A stretch of 32,000 nt of DNA from Gemmata obscuriglobus (GTDB lineage: Bacteria; Planctomycetota; Planctomycetia; Gemmatales; Gemmataceae), in contig NZ_CP042911.1 of the NCBI RefSeq assembly GCF_008065095.1, positions 450,001 through 482,000 of the forward strand, written 5' to 3'. The position numbers were made by a program, and so were the translations under genes. Shown in pieces: positions 24,062 to 30,864 of this stretch (positions are counted from its first letter, which is position 1; each line of letters begins with the position of its first letter). The notes under the pieces are model-generated. The model worked only from the letters and a program-made list of their open reading frames with translations. It was not told the DNA's origin and did not search any database.

Positions 24062-25512
24062 GCGCAGAACCGACACCCCTCGAAGGCACCCAAAGCAACC
24101 CACCCCCCGGCCCCCGCGCCGCGCTCGCCGGCCCTGTCAGCGGAGCTTCCGCGGGCCGGCGGGCAGGGAGGGGGGGGGCGGCGGATGCCCCTCGCACGCT
24201 CGATTCGCAAGGCGTTTCGGGAGTGCCTTCTCTCCCCCTTCCCTTCAGGGAGGGGGGCCGGGGGAGTCGGTTGGTACCGCTCCTGCTCCTCGCCCTCCTG
24301 TTCCCCGCGTGCGCGCCGAAGCCGCCCGCGACCACCGCGGACGCCGCCGCGAAGGTGGTCCCGGTGACGGTCGCCGAGGCGAAGGCGATGAAGCTGCGGC
24401 GCACGGTCCCGGTGTCCGGCACGCTGTACCCCTACGAGGACGTGATGCTCGCGCCGAAGGTCGGCGGGCGGGTGCTGCGCGCGTACCACGACGTGGGCGC
24501 GCGGGTCCGCCCCGGCGAGCTGCTCATGGAACTCGACCCCACGGAGTTCCGCCTCGCGGTCGACCAGGCCCGGCCCGCGTTCGAGGGCGAGCTGCGCAAG
24601 CTGAAACTGGCCGCGCTGCCCGCCTCCGACGCCGAGTTCGAGCCGCTGATCGCCAAGGTGGACGCGGTGGCCGAGGCGAAGGCCAACGCCGACTTCGCGG
24701 ACTCCGAGCTGAAGCGGGTCGAGAAGGAGGTCGCGGGCGGGGTCGGGTCGCGCCAGGCGCTCGACTCCGCGATCAACCGCGTGGCGGTCGCGCGGACCCG
24801 GGTGCTGGTGGCGGAGACCGAGGCCCGGGTGACGCTCGCCAACGCCCGCCGGCTCAAGGCCGCGCTCGAGGACGCCGAGCGCAAGCTCGCGGACACGAAG
24901 CTGTGCGCCCCGAACCCGCCCGAGTGGAACGACTGGGTGCAGCAGCTCGGCACGACCGCGACCCCGCTGTCCTACGCCGTGGCCCAGCGGATGGTCACGC
25001 CCGGCTCGTCGGTCGAGTCGATGCCGCTGACCAACTGCTTCCGGCTGGTGATCGACCACGCGCTGAAGTTCGGGGTCGCGGTGCCCGAGAAGCACGCGCC
25101 GGACGTGCTGGTGAACCAGCAGGTGGAGCTGAGCGTGCTGGCCCACCCGGGGCACCTGTTCAACGGGTTCGTGGCCCGGATCAGCCCCACCATCGACCCG
25201 ACCAGCCGCACCTTCGGGGTGGTGATCGGGGTGCGCAACGGGGACGGCCGGCTGAAGGCCGGCGGGTTCGCGACCGGGGAGGTGGTGGTCGGCTCCGACG
25301 CGGTGACCACGGTGCCGCCGGAGGCGCTGGTGTCGTTCGCCGGGGTGAACAAGGTGTTCGTGGTCGAGGGCGACAAGGCCCGCGCGGTCGAGGTGACGGT
25401 GGGCACGCGCGACAAGGCGTGGCTGGAGGTGGCCGGCGTGCCCGCGGGCGCGAAGGTGGTCACGAGCGGGCAGTCGCAACTGGTGGACGGCGCCCCCGTC
25501 CGGATCAAGTAG
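24058..25512 (+). CDS. RND efflux periplasmic adaptor (MFP); true start uncertain (ATG 24058 or TTG 24271)
   Basis: Lipoprotein-like segment LVPLLLLALLFPAC, then VTVAEAKAMKLRRTVPVSGTLYPYEDVMLAPKVGGRV...VRPGELLMELDP (lipoyl hairpin), a coiled coil, and beta-barrel/MP domains. The first 71 codons are G/P/R-rich, have visibly more A/T at third positions, and contain a repeat element. See the findings. Confidence 0.85.
   Translation: MSAEPTPLEGTQSNPPPGPRAALAGPVSGASAGRRAGRGGAADAPRTLDSQGVSGVPSLPLPFREGGRGSRLVPLLLLALLFPACAPKPPATTADAAAKVVPVTVAEAKAMKLRRTVPVSGTLYPYEDVMLAPKVGGRVLRAYHDVGARVRPGELLMELDPTEFRLAVDQARPAFEGELRKLKLAALPASDAEFEPLIAKVDAVAEAKANADFADSELKRVEKEVAGGVGSRQALDSAINRVAVARTRVLVAETEARVTLANARRLKAALEDAERKLADTKLCAPNPPEWNDWVQQLGTTATPLSYAVAQRMVTPGSSVESMPLTNCFRLVIDHALKFGVAVPEKHAPDVLVNQQVELSVLAHPGHLFNGFVARISPTIDPTSRTFGVVIGVRNGDGRLKAGGFATGEVVVGSDAVTTVPPEALVSFAGVNKVFVVEGDKARAVEVTVGTRDKAWLEVAGVPAGAKVVTSGQSQLVDGAPVRIK
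24232..24264. repeat. Second copy of the 33-nt repeat (opposite orientation) in the tetR-MFP junction / MFP 5' region
   Basis: CTCCCCCTTCCCTTCAGGGAGGGGGGCCGGGGG (24232-24264) is the exact reverse complement (33/33, compared by hand) of 27639-27671. A degenerate partial copy, GGGCAGGGAGGGGGGGGG, lies at 24161-24178. Confidence 0.75.
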
Positions 25513-25642
25513 TCCCAGGTCGTCAGGTCGCAAGTCCCAAGTCAATAACAGGGAGCACCGATGGCGGCCATTGGCGAGCGGTCCCAGGTCGTCAGGTCGC
25601 AAGTCCCAAGTCAGTAACAGGGGAGCACCGATGGCGGCCATT
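25512..25642 (+). repeat. Tandem duplication (period 69 nt) of the upstream flank and first codons of the four-helix-bundle gene
   Basis: 25512-25572 and 25581-25642 differ only by one substitution and one 1-nt indel: GTCCCAGGTCGTCAGGTCGCAAGTCCCAAGTCA(A/G)TAACAGGG(G)AGCACCGATGGCGGCCATT. Confidence 0.85.
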
Positions 25643-25999
25643 CGACGGTTCGAGGACATTGAAGCCTGGAAGCGGGCGCGCGTCCTGACCAACTTAGTGT
25701 TTCAGATCACGGGCGGGGCGGCCTTCGACCGCGATTACGGGTTCCGGCGTCAGATGCGGGACGCGGCGCTGTCGGTGATGTCGAACATCGCTGAGGGGTA
25801 CGAACGAGACAGCGGCGACAAAGACTTTCGGCACTTCCTTTCCATCGCGAAAGGTTCGGCCGGGGAGGTCCGAAGCCAGCTTTACGCGGCGCTAGACAAC
25901 AATTTCATTTCTCAAACGCAGTTCGACGAGGCGTCGGCACTCACGACCGAGGTATGCCGGATGCTTCAGCGGTTCATGTCGTACTTGTCGGGCGAGTGA
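25631..25999 (+). CDS. Four-helix-bundle protein (23S rRNA intervening-sequence protein family, Avd-like fold)
   Basis: MAAIRRFEDIEAWKRARVL...FRRQMRDAALSVMSNIAEGYERDSGDKDFRHFLSIAKGSAGEVRSQLYAA matches the family pattern (W..A...., Q..RAa.Si..NIAEG, F..fL.iA.GS..E). GGGGAG lies 5 nt upstream of the ATG at 25631. It has many more A/T-ending codons than neighbouring genes. Confidence 0.85.
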   Translation: MAAIRRFEDIEAWKRARVLTNLVFQITGGAAFDRDYGFRRQMRDAALSVMSNIAEGYERDSGDKDFRHFLSIAKGSAGEVRSQLYAALDNNFISQTQFDEASALTTEVCRMLQRFMSYLSGE

Positions 26000-26005
26000 G
26001 CCCCA

Positions 26006-26132
26006 CCGCCCCGTCAGTGTCTTCGATTTGTGACTTGGGACTGGTGGACCTCAGACGGAACCGATTGATCCCGGCCGCCCCGTCGGTGTCTTCGACTTGT
26101 GACTTGAGACTTGTGGACCTGAGACCCAAATC
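26006..26132 (+). repeat. Tandem duplication (period 69 nt) downstream of the four-helix-bundle gene, inverted relative to the upstream repeats
   Basis: 26006-26056 and 26075-26125 differ at 5 of 51 positions: CCGCCCCGTC(A/G)GTGTCTTCGA(T/C)TTGTGACTTG(G/A)GACT(G/T)GTGGACCT(C/G)AGAC. TGACTTGGGACT (26031-26042) is the exact reverse complement of AGTCCCAAGTCA (25533-25544 and 25602-25613). Confidence 0.85.
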
Positions 26133-29100
26133 ATGGCCATCTGGGACATCTGCATCCGCCGCCCGGTGTTCACCACCATGCTCGTGCTCGGGCCGGTGGT
26201 GCTCGGGATGGCGTCCTACGGGCGGCTCGGGGTCGAGCTGTTCCCCAACGTGGACGTGCCCGTCGTGGTGGTCACCACCACGCTCCGCGGCGCCGGCGTC
26301 GAGGAGATGGAGTCGAGCGTCACCCGCCCGGTCGAGGAGGCGGTGAACACCGTCTCGGGCATCGACGAGCTGCGCTCCACCACCAAGGAGGGCGTGTCCA
26401 GCGTCGTCATCGGGTTCAAGCTGGAGCGGAACGGCGACATCGCGGCCCAGGACGTGCGCGACCGCATCTCCACGCTGCTCCCGCGGCTCCCCTACGGCAC
26501 CGACGCGCCGGTGGTCGAGAAGTTCAACCTGGACGCGGCCCCGGTCGTGACGGTGGTGGTGTCCGGCGGGCCGGGGCGCAAGCTGCGCGAGGTCACCGAG
26601 ATCGCCAAGAAGCAGATCAAGGAGGACCTGGAAGGGGTGACCGGGGTCGGGTCCGTGGTGCTGGTCGGCGGCGAGCAGCGGGCGGTGAACGTGACGCTGC
26701 GGCCCGAGCGGCTCCGCGCGCTGAGCCCGCCCCTGTCCCCCGAGGACGTGCGGCGGGCGCTGGCGGCGCAGAACATCGAGCTGCCGGGCGGGAAGGTGGA
26801 CGGCGGCGCCCAGGAGCGCGGGCTGCGCGTGGTGGGCCGCATCCAGACCCCGGCGGACTTCGAGAACGTCATCATCGAGACCCGCACCGACGAGAACGGG
26901 CTCAAGTACGCGGTCCGCGTGAAGGACGTGGCGGACGTCACCGACGACATCGAGGAGCCCCGCGGGAAGTCGCGCCTGGACGGCAACGTCGCGGTCAGCC
27001 TCGTCATCCAGAAGCAGTCCGGCGGGAACACGGTGGCGGTCGCGGACCGGGTGAAGGAGCGGCTCGCCAAGATCCAGTCGGGGCTCCCGGCCGACATCAA
27101 GACCGAGATCATCCGCGACCAGAGCAAGTTCATCAAGGGGTCCATCGAGGAGGTGAAGTTCCACCTCGTGCTGGCCGCGGTGCTGGTGATCGCGACCATC
27201 TTCATCTTCCTCCGCGACTGGCGGGCCACGCTGATCGCCGCGACCGCGGTGCCGACCAGCATCGTGGGCACGTTCGCGTTCATGGACGTGATGGGGTTCT
27301 CGCTCAACAACATGACCCTGCTCGGGCTGATCCTGGCGGTCGGGATCGTGATCGACGACGCGGTGGTGGTGCTGGAGAACGTGTTCCGGTACACGGAGGA
27401 GTACGGGCTCAGCGGGTGGGACGCGGCCAGCAAGGCGACCAAGGAAATCGCGCTGGCGGTGGTGGCGACGACGCTGTCGCTGGTGGTGATCTTCGCGCCG
27501 ATCGCGTTCATGTCCGGCCAGGTGGGGCGGTTCTTCAACAGCTTCGGGTTCGTGGTCGCGTTTGCGATCATGATGAGCATGGCGGTCAGCTTCACGCTCA
27601 CTCCGATGCTGTGCGCCCGGCTGCTGCGGGGACCGACCCCCCCGGCCCCCCTCCCTGAAGGGAAGGGGGAGAAAGAACCTTCGCGCGCCGATCACGAACC
27701 CGGCGCGCACACCGCGAGCGAATCGGACTCCCCCACTCCCTTCAGGGAGGGGACGGGGGTAGGTTCCTCCCACGCCCACTCGTCCGGCTGGCTCACGCGG
27801 TGGTACGTCGGCACCCTCGCCTGGTCCCTGCGGCACCGGTGGGTGATCGTGCTCGCCACGGTCATCACGTTCCTCAGCACGCCGGTGCTGTTCGTGCTCG
27901 TCGGCACCGACTTCGTGCCGAAGGACGACCAGAGCGAGTTCGAGGTCGCCATCACCCTGAAGGAGGGCTCGACGCTCGCCACCGCCGAGGCGCAGTGCGC
28001 GGAGCTGGAAGAGAAACTCAAGAAGGTGCGCGGGGTGACCAACGTGTTCACCGTGATCGGCCCCACCGACGGGCGCGCGCCGAAGGGGCAGGGGGACGTG
28101 ACGCAGGTCAACATCTACTGCCGGATGAGCGACATCTCGCTGCGCGACTTCGCGCAGCGCGACGCGATGGCCGACGCCCGCGTGGTGCTGGCCGACTACC
28201 CCGACCTGCGCACCTCCGTGCAGGACGTGAAGCTGATCAGCTCGAGCGCGTTCAAGAACGCGCAACTGGACCTCAGCATCCGCGGCCCCGACGGCGACAA
28301 GCTCGACCGGTACGCGGCCGAGATCATGAAGAAGATGAAGGCGAACCCGAAGTTCACCGACGTGGACACCAACGCCGCGGCCCGCAGCCCGGAGCTGCAG
28401 GTGCGCATCGACCGCCAGCGGGCGGCGGACCAGAAGGTGAACGTGCAGGGCGTGGCCACCGCGCTCAGCCTGCTGGTGGGCGGCGAACCGGTCACGAAGT
28501 ACAAGGAGGGCTCGGACCAGTACGACGTGTGGCTCCGCGCCGCGCTCCCGAGCCGCGACCGGTCCGCCACGATCGACCAGTTGCTCGTGCCCGACACGAA
28601 GGGGCAGATGGTGGAGCTGCGCACCCTCGCCCGGCTCGCCGACGAGCGCGGGCCGGCGACCATCGAGCGGTACAACCGGCAGCGGCAGATCGGCGTGCAG
28701 TGCAACTTCGCGCCCGGGGTGGCGCTCGGCAACGTGCTGCCGGAGGTGGAGGGGTACGTGAAGGAGCTGGACCTGCCGCCGGAGTACCGGTACGAGTTCC
28801 TCGGCGAGGCCAAGCTGATGGCCGACTCCAACGCCAACTTCCTGCTCGCGTTCTTCCTGGCGTTCGTGTTCATGTACATGATCCTGGCGGCGCAGTTCGA
28901 GAGCCTCGTCCACCCGATCACGATCCTGATGGCCGTGCCGCTGACGCTGCCGTTCGCGCTGATCTCGCTGATGCTGCTGCGCACGCCCCTGGACATCTAC
29001 GCGATGATCGGGCTGTTCATGCTGTTCGGCATCGTGAAGAAGAACGGCATCTTGCAGGTGGACTACACGAACGTGCTGATCGCGAAGGGGCTCCCGCGCG

Positions 29101-29486
29101 ACGAGGCGATCCTCCGTGCGAACGAGGCCCGGTTCCGGCCGATCCTCATGACGACCGTGATGCTGGTGGCGGCGATGATCCCCATCGCGACCGGGAGCGG
29201 CCCCGGGGCCGGCGCCCGGGCCAGCATGGCGAAGGTGATCCTCGGCGGGCAACTCCTGTCGCTGCTGCTGTCGCTCCTGGTGACGCCGGTGGCGTACTCG
29301 ATCTGGGACGACATGATGAACCGCGGGAAGCGGGTGGCGGCGTGGATCGACCGGCGGCGCACGCGGCCGGCCCCGGCGGCAATCGCGATGGCGGAACCGG
29401 TCGCGGAGCACGCGGCGGCCGAAACGGTTCAGGAAGTGCCGGTGTTCCGGGAGGCCGAATCGGACGCCGCCCCGACCGGGTCGTAA
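26133..29486 (+). CDS. RND efflux transporter permease (AcrB/HAE-type), carrying an in-frame repeat-derived insert in the TM6-TM7 cytoplasmic loop
   Basis: 1117-aa ORF. N-terminal IRRPVFTTMLVLGPVVLGMASYGRLGVELFPNVDVPVVVVTT. Twelve-TM architecture with two large periplasmic loops. GLILAVGIVIDDAVVVLENV is an RND TM4 motif. Confidence 0.95.
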   Translation: MAIWDICIRRPVFTTMLVLGPVVLGMASYGRLGVELFPNVDVPVVVVTTTLRGAGVEEMESSVTRPVEEAVNTVSGIDELRSTTKEGVSSVVIGFKLERNGDIAAQDVRDRISTLLPRLPYGTDAPVVEKFNLDAAPVVTVVVSGGPGRKLREVTEIAKKQIKEDLEGVTGVGSVVLVGGEQRAVNVTLRPERLRALSPPLSPEDVRRALAAQNIELPGGKVDGGAQERGLRVVGRIQTPADFENVIIETRTDENGLKYAVRVKDVADVTDDIEEPRGKSRLDGNVAVSLVIQKQSGGNTVAVADRVKERLAKIQSGLPADIKTEIIRDQSKFIKGSIEEVKFHLVLAAVLVIATIFIFLRDWRATLIAATAVPTSIVGTFAFMDVMGFSLNNMTLLGLILAVGIVIDDAVVVLENVFRYTEEYGLSGWDAASKATKEIALAVVATTLSLVVIFAPIAFMSGQVGRFFNSFGFVVAFAIMMSMAVSFTLTPMLCARLLRGPTPPAPLPEGKGEKEPSRADHEPGAHTASESDSPTPFREGTGVGSSHAHSSGWLTRWYVGTLAWSLRHRWVIVLATVITFLSTPVLFVLVGTDFVPKDDQSEFEVAITLKEGSTLATAEAQCAELEEKLKKVRGVTNVFTVIGPTDGRAPKGQGDVTQVNIYCRMSDISLRDFAQRDAMADARVVLADYPDLRTSVQDVKLISSSAFKNAQLDLSIRGPDGDKLDRYAAEIMKKMKANPKFTDVDTNAAARSPELQVRIDRQRAADQKVNVQGVATALSLLVGGEPVTKYKEGSDQYDVWLRAALPSRDRSATIDQLLVPDTKGQMVELRTLARLADERGPATIERYNRQRQIGVQCNFAPGVALGNVLPEVEGYVKELDLPPEYRYEFLGEAKLMADSNANFLLAFFLAFVFMYMILAAQFESLVHPITILMAVPLTLPFALISLMLLRTPLDIYAMIGLFMLFGIVKKNGILQVDYTNVLIAKGLPRDEAILRANEARFRPILMTTVMLVAAMIPIATGSGPGAGARASMAKVILGGQLLSLLLSLLVTPVAYSIWDDMMNRGKRVAAWIDRRRTRPAPAAIAMAEPVAEHAAAETVQEVPVFREAESDAAPTGS
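27639..27759. mobile_element. MITE/RPE-like insert with terminal inverted repeats inside the RND ORF (in frame)
   Basis: The left end, CCCCCGGCCCCCCTCCCTGAAGGGAAGGGGGAG (27639-27671), and the right end, CTCCCCCACTCCCTTCAGGGAGGGGACGGGGG (27728-27759), are imperfect inverted copies of each other. The codons across the segment show clearly more A/T third positions (gga, cct, gaa, aaa, gat, act, gta, ggt) than the flanking codons. Confidence 0.55.
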
Positions 29487-29509
29487 CCCGGCGTTGTTGT
29501 CTGCTTTCC

Positions 29510-29538
29510 CCGGGCAGTAGACTGGATCGTCTGCCCGG
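29510..29538 (+). terminator. Hairpin after the RND gene (weak terminator candidate)
   Basis: CCGGGCAG (29510-29517), a 13-nt loop, and CTGCCCGG (29531-29538). There is no U tract, and it directly abuts the SD of the next gene. Confidence 0.3.
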
Positions 29539-29547
29539 AGGAGAGGG

Positions 29548-30291
29548 ATGCCGCTGCACGACTGGACCCGCGTCGAAGCTTACGCATATCACGACTTCCG
29601 CATCGGTTGGCTGGTCGCGATCCGCCGCGTACTGAACGACGGCGCCCTCCCGCCCGGTTACTACGCCCGCGCCGAACAGACGCTCCGCACGATGGGGCCG
29701 GACGTACTCACCCTTCAGTCGAAAGAGCCGGACACAACGCGCCCCGGCGGGACCGTGCTAACGGTCCCCGCCGCCCCGCCCCGCGTCGCCATTGCGGCCA
29801 CCGGCGCGCCGCGCGTGCCCGCGTTCGCGCAGAAGCGGCTCGCGATCCGCCACTCCAGCGACGACCGGCTCGTCGCCATCGTGGAGCTGGTTTCGCCGGG
29901 CAACACGTCGTCCGCCCAACCCCTGCGCGAGTTCGTGAAGAAGGTGGTGACGGCCGTGGACGCGGGCATCCACGCGCTGGTGATCGATCCGTTCCCGCCG
30001 GGCAAGCGAGACCCGAACGGGCTCCACGGCGTGATCTGGCCGCGGCTCGGCGGTGCCCCGTACACGCGACCGGACGACAAGCCGCTGGCGCTCGCCGCGT
30101 ATGAGTCCGGCGACGCCGCGGGCAGCCCGCACCGGTGCTACGTTCAGCCGCTGGCGGTCGGCGACCCGCTCCCGGACATGCCCCTGTTCCTGCGGCCGGA
30201 CGAGTACGTTTACGCGCCGCTCGAGCGCGCGTACCAAGCGGCTTACGCCGACGTGCTCCCGCAAGACCGTGCGAAGCTGGAACCGCGGTGA
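29548..30291 (+). CDS. DUF4058-like protein (PD-(D/E)xK nuclease-like core, related in pattern to Uma2/DUF820)
   Basis: The N-terminal W...H.F.i..l..i...L.....PPGYYA..EQ pattern and the core RLVAIVELVSPGNTSS...VDAGIHALVIDPFPP resemble DUF4058. GGAGGAGAGGG lies directly upstream of the ATG at 29548. Confidence 0.55.
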   Translation: MPLHDWTRVEAYAYHDFRIGWLVAIRRVLNDGALPPGYYARAEQTLRTMGPDVLTLQSKEPDTTRPGGTVLTVPAAPPRVAIAATGAPRVPAFAQKRLAIRHSSDDRLVAIVELVSPGNTSSAQPLREFVKKVVTAVDAGIHALVIDPFPPGKRDPNGLHGVIWPRLGGAPYTRPDDKPLALAAYESGDAAGSPHRCYVQPLAVGDPLPDMPLFLRPDEYVYAPLERAYQAAYADVLPQDRAKLEPR

Positions 30292-30478
30292 CGGAACGGT
30301 CCGCAACTTCGCCCCACCTCCCGAACGTCGCCGGTACGGGAACCGCTTTCGCCTTCGGAGCGTTCCCGGCGGGCGCCTTGTCCGGGCGACCGACGTTCTC
30401 GCAACGTCTTCATTTCAGCCGGGTGCCGTGAGACTACAGCGGGAAAAGAGCCTTCCTGGCTCGGGCCGGCCCACCTCA

Positions 30479-30507
30479 TTGACAGGTACCTTGCGTGACA
30501 TTATAGT
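30479..30507 (+). promoter_or_regulatory. Sigma-70-type promoter of padR: TTGACA-17 nt-TATAGT, predicting a leaderless transcript
   Basis: TTGACA at 30479-30484, a 17-nt spacer, and TATAGT at 30502-30507. Only 6 nt separate the -10 hexamer from the ATG at 30514, and there is no SD. Confidence 0.6.
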
Positions 30508-30513
30508 GACCGC

Positions 30514-30864
30514 ATGGACGCGGGCTTTCTGGCCAACTGGACCACGCAAATGCGCAAGGGGCTGCTGGAACTGTGCGTTCTGGCCACCCTCAAAGGCGAC
30601 CGGGTGTACGGGTACGACATCGTCAAGCGGCTGTCCGCGGTGGACGGGCTCGTGATCGGCGAGGGGACCATTTACCCGATCCTGAGCCGGTTCAAGAAGG
30701 AAGGGCTGGTGGACGCGACGCTGGCCGAGTCGCCCGAGGGGCCGGCGCGCAAGTACTACCGGCTCACCGCCCGCGGCCAGGAGATGCTCGCCCGGATGCT
30801 GGCGGCGTGGGCCGAGGTCCGAACCGGTATCGACACGGTGACCGCAACGGAGCCATTGCCATGA
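30514..30864 (+). CDS. PadR-family transcriptional regulator
   Basis: GLLELCVLATLKGDRVYGYDIVKRL....GTIYPILSRFKKEGLV.....GPARKYYRLTARG is the canonical PadR winged helix. Confidence 0.9.
   Translation: MDAGFLANWTTQMRKGLLELCVLATLKGDRVYGYDIVKRLSAVDGLVIGEGTIYPILSRFKKEGLVDATLAESPEGPARKYYRLTARGQEMLARMLAAWAEVRTGIDTVTATEPLP

Noticed and set aside
23818-25692. 624-aa minus-strand ORF and 551-aa plus-strand ORF (24033-25688) across the MFP gene
   Set aside because: They are alternative frames of the MFP gene with R/G/P/H-rich translations. The 24058 frame has the adaptor motifs.
25631-25999. Possibility that the four-helix-bundle gene is the Avd component of a diversity-generating retroelement, with the flanking repeats as TR/VR
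   Set aside because: There is no reverse transcriptase gene anywhere in the window. The repeat pairs differ by mixed substitutions (A/G, T/C, G/A, G/T, C/G), not by adenine-specific changes. The repeats also do not lie at the 3' end of a target ORF.
25512-26132. CRISPR-like array
   Set aside because: There are only two copies of each repeat. The copies are directly abutting or separated by their own unit length with no unique spacers, the units are 69 nt, and no cas genes are present.
25974-29411. 1145-aa ORF on the minus strand opposite the RND gene
   Set aside because: The translation is dominated by R/H/G/P/D runs (e.g. HRDCRRGRPRAPPVDPRRHP) with no recognisable domain. It is the mirror frame of a strongly supported RND pump. 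Long antisense ORFs are expected in GC-rich DNA because stop codons are AT-rich.
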